Source: an uncultured cyanobacterium
GTDB taxonomy: Bacteria > Cyanobacteriota > Cyanobacteriia > Cyanobacteriales > Cyanobacteriaceae
Reading direction: 5' to 3'
DNA length: 64,000 nt
Assembly: GCA_963749915.1 (NCBI GenBank)
Contig: CAVVOP010000020.1
Coordinates: 128,001-192,000, forward strand
A model generated the notes under the pieces. The model was not told where the DNA came from and searched no databases. It saw only the letters and a program-made list of their open reading frames with translations. Below, piece by piece: positions 39,907 through 50,368 of this stretch (position 1 is the stretch's first letter; each line of letters begins with the position of its first letter). Both the position numbers and the translations under genes were made by a program.

Positions 39907-41400
39907 GTGAATTTCATGGAATTGCGTCAATTATTATCAGATTTAGCTCATCTTAACAACCTTGGTGAACATCCCAACCTAGAGGCAGAAGTAAAAGGCA
40001 TCACCACTAATTCCCATGCTGCCACTGGGGGTGATCTCTTTATTGGTATGCCCGGCACAAGGGTTGATGGAGGCGAATTTTGGCAAAGTGCCTTAAGAGA
40101 AGGGGCGATCGCCGCTATAATAGGACCATCCGCCGCTAGTAAAATACCCCCAACTTCTCAAGATTGCGTCATTGTTAGCGATGACATTGTGAGTATTTGT
40201 GCGGATATTGCCACTAAATTTTATGGTTATCCTAGCCAACAGTTAAAGATGGTGGGGGTTACAGGTACAAACGGTAAAACCACCACGACCCATTTAATCG
40301 AATTTTTTCTACATCAAGCCCAAAAAACTACGGCTTTATTTGGCACTTTATATGCCCGTTGGCAAGGTTATCAGAAAATTGCGACCCATACAACTCCTTT
40401 CGCCATTGATTTACAAGCCCAATTAGCGGAGGCGGTGGAAGCAGGGAATCATTACGTAGTTATGGAAGTAAGCTCCCATGCTTTAGCTCAAAAAAGAATT
40501 AGGGGCTGTAACTTTGATGTAGCTGTTTTTACGAATCTAACCCAAGATCATCTCGATTATCATGAAAATATGGATGATTATTTTTCGGCAAAGGCGTTAT
40601 TATTCAGCCCTGAATATTTGCGAGGAAAAGCGATTATCAACTATGATGACTTTTATAGTCAAAAATTGATTAATAGCCTCAATTCTGGAGAAATTTGGAC
40701 TTACAGCGTCAATAATCATCAAGCGGATTTATATACCAGCAAATTAACCTATCAAGCTACGGGAGTAAATGGTTTATTACATACTCCCCAAGGCAATATC
40801 GAATTTACCTCTCCTTTAGTGGGACAATTTAATTTATCCAATCTATTGGCCAGTGTGGGTGCAGTTTTACAGTTAGGGGTACCTTTAGAAATTATCGCCC
40901 AAAGTCTTCCTCTGTTTAAGGGTGTGCCAGGACGTATGGAAAGGGTAACACATAACGATCGCCAAGGTATAAATGTAATTGTCGATTATGCACACACTCC
41001 TGATAGTTTAGAAAATTTACTTAAGGCAGCCCGTCCATTTATCCCAGGAAAGATGATTTGTGTATTTGGTTGTGGGGGGGATCGCGATCGTACAAAACGC
41101 CCGATAATGGGTAAAATTGCGGCAAATCTAGCGGATTTTGTGGTAGTTACCTCCGATAATCCTCGCACAGAAAACCCTGAGCAGATTTTAATGGATATTT
41201 TGAAAGGTATTCCCGATTATATTACTCCTATTGTGGAAGGCGATCGAGCCTCGGCTATCAAAATAGCCATAGAAATGGCAAAAAGTGGCGATGGGGTGTT
41301 AATAGCTGGAAAAGGCCATGAAGATTACCAAATTTTAGGCACAGAAAAAATCCACTTTGATGACAGAGAAGAAGCCCGAAAGGTACTAGAATCAATGTAG
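39907..41400 (+). CDS. murE: UDP-MurNAc-L-Ala-D-Glu:meso-DAP ligase
   Basis: GVTGTNGKTT, MEVSSH, DHLDYH, VDYAHTPD, DNPR, AGKGHEDYQ. Confidence 0.97.
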   Translation: MNFMELRQLLSDLAHLNNLGEHPNLEAEVKGITTNSHAATGGDLFIGMPGTRVDGGEFWQSALREGAIAAIIGPSAASKIPPTSQDCVIVSDDIVSICADIATKFYGYPSQQLKMVGVTGTNGKTTTTHLIEFFLHQAQKTTALFGTLYARWQGYQKIATHTTPFAIDLQAQLAEAVEAGNHYVVMEVSSHALAQKRIRGCNFDVAVFTNLTQDHLDYHENMDDYFSAKALLFSPEYLRGKAIINYDDFYSQKLINSLNSGEIWTYSVNNHQADLYTSKLTYQATGVNGLLHTPQGNIEFTSPLVGQFNLSNLLASVGAVLQLGVPLEIIAQSLPLFKGVPGRMERVTHNDRQGINVIVDYAHTPDSLENLLKAARPFIPGKMICVFGCGGDRDRTKRPIMGKIAANLADFVVVTSDNPRTENPEQILMDILKGIPDYITPIVEGDRASAIKIAIEMAKSGDGVLIAGKGHEDYQILGTEKIHFDDREEARKVLESM

Positions 41401-41418
41401 GTAAAAGAGAAACAAAAA

Positions 41419-41575
41419 CTATAGCAATCAGGAATCATTCGTGAGAATCAAATAATTGTTTTAAAAGGATTCAGAATCCAGAATCCAGTATTCAGTAGAA
41501 TAATTCTGACTCCCGACTCCTGACTCCTGACTCCTAGTCTCACCAAAATCTCACAAATTAAAACTGATTGCAGCG
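41419..41575. repeat. Palindromic MITE-like repeat enclosing heptamer STRRs
   Basis: GCAATCAG/CTGATTGC and GTGAGA/TCTCAC arms around CAGAATC and CTGACTC tandem repeats. Confidence 0.65.
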
Positions 41576-41579
41576 ATAT

Positions 41580-44072
41580 TTAAGAAAAAGGCAGATGAAA
41601 AAACCATTGATTCAACCGTCTTAAACCACGGGTTACATAGACGGGGCGAGTATGGTTAAAAACTCCGTAGGCTCGCTGTTTCACCCAGTCGGCAATCAAA
41701 AACCAGATTAATCCATAGGCCCAGACAACTCCTGCTAAACCCCATCCAAGCGGGGTCATGAAGATGCCATACACCGCAATCAGAGTGGCCAGGACTTGGG
41801 TACCCAGGACGGCTGCCAGCAAAATTCGGGCTGGTTTAATCGACCAGAAAGGCCCCTTGGTGCGGGTCACGAAGATGGTGAGATGTCCGGCGACCGACAG
41901 CTTCAGGTAAATCAACGTTTGCAAAAGGCTGCGATCGAGGTGAAAAACTCGCTCCCCCAGATATAACATCCCAAAGGAGCTGACTACACCAGTGAGACCC
42001 AGAATGGTTGCCAACCCCAGGACGACGGGCATATTCCAGGTTTCGGGGCCCTGGGCGGGACGAGTGCGATCATAGGCAATGGAGATAATGGCACCATCAT
42101 TTAATAGAGCCAGCAGCACGATCATGATGGCGGTCACGGGATAGAAGTTGTAGACCAGAATGGAGAAGGTCATGAACAACAAAACCCGAATGGTTTCTGC
42201 GATCCGGTAAATGGCGTAGTTATTCATGCGCTGAAAGATGCGGCGACTTTCCTGAATCGCCTCCACAATCACGCCAAGTCCTGGGGTGAGCAAGACAATA
42301 TCGGCAGCGGCACGGGCGGCATCGGTGGCTCCTGAAACGGCAATCCCGGCATCGGCTTTCTTGAGGGCAGGGGCATCATTGACTCCATCGCCCGCCATGG
42401 CTATGATGTGACCTCGTTGCTGTAAGACCTCCACGATATGGTATTTATGTTCAGGAAAGACCTGCGCAAACCCGGCGGCAGCTTCGATCGCCTCGGCAAC
42501 CTGTCCGGCTTGGTGGGGAGCGGCTTTTTCTAGCAGGCTGGCATCGAGGATGTCTCCTTTTAGTCCCAGTTGATGGGCAGTTTCGCGGGCGATCGCCTGT
42601 TGATCTCCCGTCAACATTTTCAGGTCAATTCCCAGCTTTTTCACTGCCTGAATCATCAGTTGGGAGTCGGTGCGGGGTGGGTCATATAGTGGCAGTACGC
42701 CCAAAAATTGCCAGTTCCCGGAATCGTCAGTCCGGGCAACCCCCAGGGATCTAAATCCACGTTGGGCAAACTCTGCGATCGCCTGATTCACCTGAGGCTG
42801 CACTTGAGCGACATTTTTTGAGAGCGCCAGAATCACTTGGGTTGCCCCTTTGGTCACTTTAAAGCGAGCGCGATCGGCGGTTTCAACGGTGGCTTCCGTG
42901 CGTTTGCCCACCGGGTCAAAGGGCTGGAAATGGATAATTCGATAGGCATCCAGAGATTGGTCAGGCTTCAGTCCCGTGAAGATTGCCAGATCGATGGGGT
43001 CGCCGTCTTCATCCCGAGACGCCAGGGCGGCGTTGAGGATTAGCGATTCTGGAGCGGTATTACCCACACAGAATGGCTCTCCTAGGGTTAACTGGTTGAG
43101 GGTTAAGGTGCCCGTTTTGTCGGAACAGAGAATGTCAATGCCAGCCATCTCTTCGATCGCCGCTAGCCGACTGACGATGGCGTCCTTTTTTGCCAACCGT
43201 TGGGCACCGACGGCCATCGTCACCGACAGCACCGTGGGCATAGCTACGGGGATGGAGGCCACCGTTAACACCAAGACAAACCGCAGGGTCGTCAGCCAGG
43301 GATCGCCCCGAAACAGCGCCACCATGAACACCAGCACCACCAGCACCAGGGCAATCACGATCAGGTAGTCGCCGATTTTCAATACCGCTCGTTGAAAGTG
43401 GCTGACCGTCTGGGCAGATTCCACCAGGCGGGCGGTTTTACCCATGTAAGTCCGAGCGCCCGTGGCATAGACAATGCCATCCAGTTCGCCCTGCTTCAGG
43501 ATGGAACTCGAATACAGCACGCCTCCCACCTGGCATTCTACGGGGAGCGATTCCCCCGTCAACGCCGACTGGTCAACCTGCGCCGGATCTCCTGCTAAAA
43601 ACCGCACATCTGCTGGCACAATATCCCCCAGACGCAGCCGGATCAGATCGCCAGCCACCAGTTCGCGGGCTGGAATTGTCGTCCAAGTGTCGTCTCGCTT
43701 GACCTTGGCTTGGAGTGCCAGTTTCGCTTTGAGTGCGGCGATGGCATTGCCCGCCTGAAATTCCTCCCAAAACCCCACCACGCCGTTGGCGATCAGCAGG
43801 GCTAGAATCAAGCCAAAATCGACCCAGTCTTCCACCAGAGCCGAGAGGATCACCGCCGCCTCAATCATCCAAGGGATCGGTCCCCAAAAGTGCGACAGAA
43901 ACCGCATCAGCGGGCTGACGGTGGTTTCGGGTAACTGGTTATAGCCATCTTGCGATAGTCGCTGGTGGGCCCCCGTCTGGCTCAATCCTTGAGGGGACGT
44001 GCCTAATTGCTTTTGTAGGTCTTCTAACGATAGATGCGAAAGTGTTTCTGGATCGGCAGATCTAGTCATCAT
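41580..44072 (-). CDS. Plasma-membrane proton-efflux P-type ATPase (P3A)
   Basis: FWGPIPWMIE, TGES, IPVAMP, CSDKTGT, PFDPV.KRT, GDGVNDAPALK, ALLNDG. Confidence 0.93.
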   Translation of the reverse strand: MMTRSADPETLSHLSLEDLQKQLGTSPQGLSQTGAHQRLSQDGYNQLPETTVSPLMRFLSHFWGPIPWMIEAAVILSALVEDWVDFGLILALLIANGVVGFWEEFQAGNAIAALKAKLALQAKVKRDDTWTTIPARELVAGDLIRLRLGDIVPADVRFLAGDPAQVDQSALTGESLPVECQVGGVLYSSSILKQGELDGIVYATGARTYMGKTARLVESAQTVSHFQRAVLKIGDYLIVIALVLVVLVFMVALFRGDPWLTTLRFVLVLTVASIPVAMPTVLSVTMAVGAQRLAKKDAIVSRLAAIEEMAGIDILCSDKTGTLTLNQLTLGEPFCVGNTAPESLILNAALASRDEDGDPIDLAIFTGLKPDQSLDAYRIIHFQPFDPVGKRTEATVETADRARFKVTKGATQVILALSKNVAQVQPQVNQAIAEFAQRGFRSLGVARTDDSGNWQFLGVLPLYDPPRTDSQLMIQAVKKLGIDLKMLTGDQQAIARETAHQLGLKGDILDASLLEKAAPHQAGQVAEAIEAAAGFAQVFPEHKYHIVEVLQQRGHIIAMAGDGVNDAPALKKADAGIAVSGATDAARAAADIVLLTPGLGVIVEAIQESRRIFQRMNNYAIYRIAETIRVLLFMTFSILVYNFYPVTAIMIVLLALLNDGAIISIAYDRTRPAQGPETWNMPVVLGLATILGLTGVVSSFGMLYLGERVFHLDRSLLQTLIYLKLSVAGHLTIFVTRTKGPFWSIKPARILLAAVLGTQVLATLIAVYGIFMTPLGWGLAGVVWAYGLIWFLIADWVKQRAYGVFNHTRPVYVTRGLRRLNQWFFHLPFS

Positions 44073-44142
44073 TATGACTCCTTTACTGGCAAATTATGGA
44101 AAAACGATATATGGAGTATTCAGCCGTCAGCTACCAGCAAAT

Positions 44143-44985
44143 CTAGTCAAGGGAAAGTATGACCACTTTTCTAGCTAAACCTAGTTTCTTGAGGATGGAA
44201 ATTGCCCACCAAGTCATATCAATTTCCCACCATTTCCATCCTGCTTTAGCAACATTTGGATGAGCGTGGTGATTATTATGCCAACCTTCTCCATAGGTAA
44301 GAATGGCTGCCCACCAAAGGTTACGGGAGTTATCTTCGGTATTGAATGTACGGTAGCCTGTGATGTGGGCAGCAGAATTAATCAACCAAGTGCTGTGCCA
44401 GAGCAAGACGGATCTTAAGAACAGACCGTAGATCACGAACGACCATCCTCCGAGCAGATATAGCAAGATTCCTAGCGGTAGCTGGAGGAGTAGGTAGTAA
44501 CGGTTTAACCAGCGATAGAATGGCTGTCGCTCCAAATCAGGAGCAGATTTTTTATAAATATCGTAGTTAAAAAATTCTGGGCGATCATATAAGAGCCAGA
44601 GTACATGACTCCACCAAAAACCTCGTTTGGCAGAATATGGATCTTTGTCCTTATCTTCCGTATAAGCATGGTGCATTCGGTGTCCAGCTACCCAGAAAAT
44701 TGGACCACCTTGCAATGCCAGCGTGCCAACAATAGCGATCGCATATTCCAGTCCTTTCGATAACTGCAAACTATGGTGAGTCAACAGGCGATGATACCCA
44801 AGACAAATACCAATGCTGCCTAACAACCAATGTAGAAATATGGCAACCCCCAGAGCAGACCAGGAAAAGAACCAGGGAGCTAGGAGAGCGATCACATGAA
44901 CGGCACTGAAAAAACCTACTACCGTCCAATTTAGTGCCAGTGGTTGCCCACCTTCAGGGGAAATTTTAAGTGAACGAGAAGTCAT
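44143..44985 (-). CDS. Delta-9 acyl-lipid desaturase (DesC-like)
   Basis: His boxes HRLLTH, HRMHH, WHNNHH. Confidence 0.9.
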   Translation of the reverse strand: MTSRSLKISPEGGQPLALNWTVVGFFSAVHVIALLAPWFFSWSALGVAIFLHWLLGSIGICLGYHRLLTHHSLQLSKGLEYAIAIVGTLALQGGPIFWVAGHRMHHAYTEDKDKDPYSAKRGFWWSHVLWLLYDRPEFFNYDIYKKSAPDLERQPFYRWLNRYYLLLQLPLGILLYLLGGWSFVIYGLFLRSVLLWHSTWLINSAAHITGYRTFNTEDNSRNLWWAAILTYGEGWHNNHHAHPNVAKAGWKWWEIDMTWWAISILKKLGLARKVVILSLD

Positions 44986-45051
44986 ACCAGTCCTCCTTAT
45001 AAAAAAAAGTTGCGTTCCTTACAGGATTTATTTATTGAATTTGAAAACTGT

Positions 45052-46839
45052 TTATTGAGAAAAGATCAGCACACTGTAGGGTCCAATGGAAAGCGTCCCA
45101 TGCCAAGGAAGCCCATCATAGGCACCCGACTCGGCGATGACGTCAGTGCTGGGATGGTTTTTGAAATCGTCATTATAGCCCTGCCAATCGCTGTTGAAAC
45201 GGAGCTTCCAGGTTCCTGCTGCCGGGAAACCGATGAGGTAGCCATCCTGCGCGTCACGGAAGAAGTTGGCAACGACCACAACATCATCCGCCGATCCGCC
45301 CTTGTCCCAGCGATGGAAAGCGATGACCTTGCGGTCTTCGTCCAGATGATAGACCTCGGTGAACTGTCCGCAGAGTCCACGGGTGAAGCCCTCGAGGTTG
45401 AGCCGCAACCGGATGAGGTCACGGTATAGCCGAACGATGCCATGAAACTCGTCCCGTTGGTCCCAATCGACGGGGACTGTGTCGCGGAACCATCCTCCTT
45501 CGAGGAATTCCTGACCTTGGAAAAGCATGGGGATACCCGGGGCGGTGAAGACCATCGCGGCGGCCAGTGTCGAACGTTTCCTTGCATACCAGCCCTTGGG
45601 GTCGTTCGGGCTGATCTCTTGTGGTACGCGGGAGCTACCATTCGCCACTGCATCGTGGGATTCGCTGTAGATGACCCGGTCGAAAGCATCATCGTTGTAC
45701 CGGTAGCAGATGGCATCGCGGATGGCGGCAAGGGAGCGTTGCTCGTCTTGGGAAGAGATCACCGCCTGGCGGATGGGATGGACGAACATGGCATCCCACT
45801 GAGAGCTGAACCCAGCCCCACCTGCGCCAACATCCTTGGTGAGCCATCTGTTGTTTTGAAGATCTTCCGCGATCGTGATCCGGCCGGGGAATTTCTCTGC
45901 TACCTCGCTATTGATCCACTGGAGCAGACTCCAGCCATCAGGCAAGTCCCGATCTTTAGAGCCGTCCACCGTGTGAATGAATTGGGTCGCATCGAAGCGA
46001 AAGCCATCAACGTGGTATTCATTGAGCCACATCAAGATGTTATCAACAAGGTATTGACGAACCTCGCCACGTCCGTAATCGGGTCTGGTTTCTCCCCAGG
46101 GCGTGTGGGCCCGATCATCGTTGTAGAAGTAGATTCCACCGCGATCGTTCTCGCACCAGCCGTCAAACTGCCAAAGATCGAGGTCGCTGGGTCCTAGGTG
46201 GTTGTAAACAACGTCTAGGATCACCGCAATGCCCTCCTGGTGAGCTCGCTTGACGAACTGCTTAAACGCCAACGGACCTCCGTAGGTGATCTCCACCGAG
46301 AAGATATGGGCGGGGTTGTAACCCCAAGACCAGTCTCCCGCAAACTCGCCTATTGGCATGATCTGGATCGCATTGATGCCCAGTTTTTTCAAATGTCCTA
46401 GACGGGTTGATATTGAGGGGAACTTGCCTGGACGGTTAATATCCTCTTGATCGTTGAACGTGCCGACATGAAGTTCGTAGATGGCCAGTTCGTTCCATGA
46501 GGCGATATGGAAGTCATCCCCTTGCCAGTCAAAGCTCGGATCGTGAACGATCGCGTTTCCGACCGAGTTGGTCACCTCGCGGGCATAGGGGTCAATGCGC
46601 TTGAACTCGCCCCTCGGCGTGGACAGAAAGAACCGATACTGATCCCCAGCTTTAGCCTCGGCTATGTTGACGTACCAGTAACCGTTCTCTTCGGCTTGCA
46701 TGGGGTGCTTGGTATCTTCCCAGTCGTTGAAAGAGCCGATGACGGATACTCCCTGTGCATGGGGTGCCCACACGCGGAAAGCTACTCCTTGGGTGTGGAG
46801 AATTGATCCCATTCCCTTAATCTTGGTTTCATCGCTCAT
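45052..46839 (-). CDS. GH13 alpha-amylase-family enzyme with CBM48 (glucan branching enzyme / maltooligosyltrehalose hydrolase-like)
   Basis: FRVWAPHA, IYELHVGTF, WGYNP, DVVYNH, DGFRFDA, IAED, ESHD; start at MSDETK after GGAGG. Confidence 0.88.
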   Translation of the reverse strand: MSDETKIKGMGSILHTQGVAFRVWAPHAQGVSVIGSFNDWEDTKHPMQAEENGYWYVNIAEAKAGDQYRFFLSTPRGEFKRIDPYAREVTNSVGNAIVHDPSFDWQGDDFHIASWNELAIYELHVGTFNDQEDINRPGKFPSISTRLGHLKKLGINAIQIMPIGEFAGDWSWGYNPAHIFSVEITYGGPLAFKQFVKRAHQEGIAVILDVVYNHLGPSDLDLWQFDGWCENDRGGIYFYNDDRAHTPWGETRPDYGRGEVRQYLVDNILMWLNEYHVDGFRFDATQFIHTVDGSKDRDLPDGWSLLQWINSEVAEKFPGRITIAEDLQNNRWLTKDVGAGGAGFSSQWDAMFVHPIRQAVISSQDEQRSLAAIRDAICYRYNDDAFDRVIYSESHDAVANGSSRVPQEISPNDPKGWYARKRSTLAAAMVFTAPGIPMLFQGQEFLEGGWFRDTVPVDWDQRDEFHGIVRLYRDLIRLRLNLEGFTRGLCGQFTEVYHLDEDRKVIAFHRWDKGGSADDVVVVANFFRDAQDGYLIGFPAAGTWKLRFNSDWQGYNDDFKNHPSTDVIAESGAYDGLPWHGTLSIGPYSVLIFSQ

Positions 46840-46956
46840 GGTTGGTTCCTCCATTACAAAGATTATCCGATAAGTTTGGCGATGGTGAAATTCGCCGGCA
46901 CGGCTCCGGTGCACGTACCGCTTGAACCGGTTGAGCAGTCAGGCTCTCGGAATGGA

Positions 46957-47148
46957 TCACTTACCGATACGAATTCCCCGGAGAAAACTAAGCAATCCGA
47001 ACACCTTAAGAATCCACAAAATGAGGGCGACGACAACCACAATGTTCAAGATTTGCTTGATCTTGCTGTCCATCGGAATGTAGTTGTTCACGAGCCACAA
47101 TAGAACCCCAACTACGATGATAACGACCACAAACTGGACTAAATCCAT
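46957..47148 (-). CDS. Small two-TM membrane protein (Thivi_2564-like)
   Basis: GVLLWLVN.YIPMD..IK.ILN.VVV; GGAGG RBS. Confidence 0.8.
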   Translation of the reverse strand: MDLVQFVVVIIVVGVLLWLVNNYIPMDSKIKQILNIVVVVALILWILKVFGLLSFLRGIRIGK

Positions 47149-47273
47149 GACTAACCTCCTTTCTATTATCTAATGAGTGGTGACTTGAACTAAATAGCTA
47201 TAGTATTCGTTAAGCATTTTATTTTCTCCATGATCAATTATTCTGGTTTCATCGCTTCGACCTTGTTTACCTC

Positions 47274-47969
47274 CTATAGGACCGTTCCGAACAGAGCCCC
47301 TACAGCAGCAGTCAGCCCCATCGCCAGCACACCCCAAAAGGCAATTCGAACAGCCGATTTCATCACTGGCGCTCCACCTGCACGGGCAGCTAGTACCCCC
47401 AATGCAGTGAGAAAGATGAGAGAGTTCCCAAATACAACGGGCACCAATCTCGATTCGGGCGCTACCAGCACGGTGAGAAGCGGCATAGCTGCACCCACAG
47501 CAAACGCGCCTGCCGATGCCAGTGCCGCTTGCACTGGTCGAGCTGCCAAGCTCTCGGAGATAGCCAGTTCATCACGTGCGTGTGCACCTAATGCGTCATG
47601 AGCCATCAACTGCTTGGCAACTTGTTTTGCTAACAAAGGATCGAGGCCACGATCCACATAGATTGCAGCCAGTTCCTCCCGCTCGGATTGTTCGTCGATA
47701 TTGAGTTCTTTCCGTTCACGGGAAAGGTCAGCTTTCTCGGTATCAGCTTGTGAACTGACCGATACATATTCCCCAGCCGCCATGGACATTGCCCCAGCTA
47801 CCAGGCCAGCCACCCCAGCCACTAAGACTTCGCTGCGAGACCCGTGGGCTGCTGCCACCCCAACGACAAGGCTTGCCGTTGAAACAATGCCGTCGTTTGC
47901 ACCCAAAACTGCGGCACGTAGCCAGCCGATTCGTCCCGTACGATGTCGTTCTTTATGGCTTCTGGGCAT
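47274..47969 (-). CDS. VIT1/CCC1 family Fe/Mn transporter
   Basis: LRAAVLGANDGIVS, SMAAGEYVSVSSQ. Confidence 0.93.
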   Translation of the reverse strand: MPRSHKERHRTGRIGWLRAAVLGANDGIVSTASLVVGVAAAHGSRSEVLVAGVAGLVAGAMSMAAGEYVSVSSQADTEKADLSRERKELNIDEQSEREELAAIYVDRGLDPLLAKQVAKQLMAHDALGAHARDELAISESLAARPVQAALASAGAFAVGAAMPLLTVLVAPESRLVPVVFGNSLIFLTALGVLAARAGGAPVMKSAVRIAFWGVLAMGLTAAVGALFGTVL

Positions 47970-48005
47970 TTTCTTGCTCTCCCTTATGATTGAGGTGACG
48001 AGTAT

Positions 48006-48389
48006 TCATTTCGCCTCATCAACTATTTGAATAGTCTTTTCTTCAATTTCTTTGGCAGCTTGAGCTAATGTTACATCCTGAGTTAGGGTTGAAAGCATTT
48101 GCACTGGCTTAATCAGACCGATCTTCGTTTCACCTTTCTCCGTAAACACTGAAATCCGACAGGGTAACGCCATATTTAGGCGCATATCGATAGACAAAAC
48201 CTTTGCTGCCTGCACCGGATTACAAACTTCAAAAACTTTGCACTCTTCATCAAAGGCAATGCCTTTACTGCGAAGTGTGGCTCCTAGATCGTGAACATGG
48301 AGTACTCCGAAACCATGACTCATAACCGCTGATTCAAGGTCTGTCGATGCTTGGTTGAATGATTTTTTCGTTTTAACTATGTAATACAT
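48006..48389 (-). CDS. DUF302 domain protein
   Basis: GFGVL..HD, EVCNP, LPCRISV. Confidence 0.9.
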   Translation of the reverse strand: MYYIVKTKKSFNQASTDLESAVMSHGFGVLHVHDLGATLRSKGIAFDEECKVFEVCNPVQAAKVLSIDMRLNMALPCRISVFTEKGETKIGLIKPVQMLSTLTQDVTLAQAAKEIEEKTIQIVDEAK

Positions 48390-48437
48390 AGAATTATCTT
48401 GATTTTTGTTTTTCCGCCTCGCCTCTATTCCCGAATG

Positions 48438-48842
48438 TTACTCAGAAAAGTGTTCTCGAACCTTCGCCGCAATTTGGCGATCCGTCATTTTGTCAACTGT
48501 TTCAATACCGACAATGCGTCCACCGAGGTTATGTCCTTCAAGACGTTTTTTAAGTTCATCCTTTGCCTCACCAGGACCAAATATCAGGATAGACTCTGCA
48601 TCACGAATACAGGCAATGACAGCATCATAGTATATGTTCAGATGTCCGGAAAAAGCCCTCTGTTGGCTATCATCTGCAGGCACCTGAAGTGCTTCATAGG
48701 GACTATTCATCGGTGAATCACCAGAACGTCGGGGCTGTTTTTCTACCTCCGATATTATCAGTCCGATCTCTTCCCCTTTCTCCGTAACAGCCACGATAAT
48801 AGCTTCCCTGTGGTCAATCCATAGACCCACTTTTGTTCTCAT
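48438..48842 (-). CDS. Host-attachment / bacterial eRF1-like small protein
   Basis: VGLWIDHREA, ILIFGPGEAK.EL, DKMT..QI.A.VR; start at MRTKV after AGGAGG. Confidence 0.7.
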   Translation of the reverse strand: MRTKVGLWIDHREAIIVAVTEKGEEIGLIISEVEKQPRRSGDSPMNSPYEALQVPADDSQQRAFSGHLNIYYDAVIACIRDAESILIFGPGEAKDELKKRLEGHNLGGRIVGIETVDKMTDRQIAAKVREHFSE

Positions 48843-48880
48843 CGATATATCCTCCTTATTGTACAAGTTATAATAGAAAT

Positions 48881-49297
48881 TCACGATTCCTGATGAAAGA
48901 TGACTCTAACTAAGGAAACAACAACATAGCTTAAGAGAGCATAGGCTACGATCGCAATCAGAATGTTGACATCAAATATATTGGCACCACCAGCTGAAGC
49001 AGGACTAATGAATAAGGTAGAAAATGGAGCAATGAAAGGTGCAGATAGATTATTAATCAACTGAGCAAATTGATTTTGGGGGTTTGCACCAAACAAACGC
49101 AAAAAGAACCTGATTCCCAGTAGTATTTCCAGCATTCCTGCCAGGGAGAAAATGCTGTTAATTATCCAATTCAAGGTATTACTTCGTCTGGCATCTCGCA
49201 GGCGTTTCTCCTCTTGACGAAGTCGGAAAGCCTCTTCATCATGGTGCAGTTCTTGTCGCCGCTCAACATTGGTTTCATCATCGCGATCGTGATTCAT
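48881..49297 (-). CDS. YggT-family membrane protein
   Basis: LEILL..RF.L.L.GAN..N.F...I..LS.PF..PF. Confidence 0.8.
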   Translation of the reverse strand: MNHDRDDETNVERRQELHHDEEAFRLRQEEKRLRDARRSNTLNWIINSIFSLAGMLEILLGIRFFLRLFGANPQNQFAQLINNLSAPFIAPFSTLFISPASAGGANIFDVNILIAIVAYALLSYVVVSLVRVIFHQES

Positions 49298-49386
49298 TCT
49301 TAGACCTCAGAGTCAATATTTTTCTGATTTAAATAAAGTCTCCAATCAGTGACATGTACAAGCCACCACTGATTGTTCCTTCCTAC

Positions 49387-50250
49387 CTACTGTCTTTCAA
49401 CTTCTGCCTCCTTTTTAGGATTGCTATCCTTTAAATCGGTTGATTGAGAGAAAATGGGCTTGCGAGTTTTCAAGTTAAAGCGGAATCCTTGAGGTAAGAT
49501 GTGCAACCTGACTCCACACACCGCCATCGCTTCATCTTTGAGCAGTTCGCCTAAATTATCATAAGTTGCCTCTGATTCATCGACAACTGTTACAGCCCCA
49601 CGCCCCACCACTTTAAATTCGTTACCGTCCACAATTACTGCTGTATCTTCGTCAATGCCAAAACCTAAGTTAGCTGGCTGCTGTAAGAGAGCGGAAATCA
49701 GGCGACCTAACCGTCCGCGCTGAGCAAAATGCTGATCGATCACCACTGAGTGCAAAAACCCCATTCCCGACCCCATTTCTATCGCGTCCAAGCGTGGATT
49801 GGTTTCGGAGTCTCCTTCAACAATCATAAAATCGGGCATTATGGCAGCACCTGCACTCGTACCACCGATCACCATTCCTTCCCGATTGCGTTGGTGCAGT
49901 AAGGTATCTAGCTTAATTCCCTTGATGTATTCAATGATATTGGCTTGATCTCCTCCTGTAAAAAACACTCCTGTGGCTTCTTCAATAATTTTCAGTTTTT
50001 CTGGATCATCCGCATCTTCCCTGTGAATGGTATTGACAACACGCACATCCTCGACACCAAGCCGTTCAAACACTCGGGTATAGTCTTCTCCAGACTCACG
50101 AGGCTCGCTTGTTGCCGCCGTTAACACGGCAATTTTAGCTTGAGTCCCACCAGCACAGCGAACAAACTCTCGCAAGATTTCACAATCTTCTTCTTTGTCT
50201 TCTGCTCCACCAATGATGACTAATTGCCCCCGCTCTTTTGTGGATTCCAT
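49387..50250 (-). CDS. cphB: Cyanophycinase (peptidase S51)
   Basis: LVIIGGAEDK, FFTGGDQ, GGTSAGA, DQHF.QRGR.GRL, GIDEDT; start at MESTK after AGGAG. Confidence 0.88.
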   Translation of the reverse strand: MESTKERGQLVIIGGAEDKEEDCEILREFVRCAGGTQAKIAVLTAATSEPRESGEDYTRVFERLGVEDVRVVNTIHREDADDPEKLKIIEEATGVFFTGGDQANIIEYIKGIKLDTLLHQRNREGMVIGGTSAGAAIMPDFMIVEGDSETNPRLDAIEMGSGMGFLHSVVIDQHFAQRGRLGRLISALLQQPANLGFGIDEDTAVIVDGNEFKVVGRGAVTVVDESEATYDNLGELLKDEAMAVCGVRLHILPQGFRFNLKTRKPIFSQSTDLKDSNPKKEAEVERQ

Positions 50251-50368
50251 ACAAAAACTCCTTGAATAACTAAACAGCACAAAAACAGAAATTGTAACCG
50301 TTCACATTCCCCCTAACCCTCGACGAGAAATGAATAGTTTCGGCAAATTGACAGGGGGAATGAAATAA

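Noticed and set aside
46840..48440. Integron cassette array for the short co-oriented island genes
   Set aside because: No convincing attC (RYYYAAC...GTTRRRY) palindromes and no integrase
42837..48716. Many plus-strand ORFs up to 251 aa
   Set aside because: Antisense shadows of well-supported GC-rich minus-strand genes; no motifs
50305..50362. 10-bp inverted repeat CATTCCCCCT/AGGGGGAATG as a structured RNA
   Set aside because: Long loop with no recognisable motif; cannot be supported beyond a possible terminator or stabiliser
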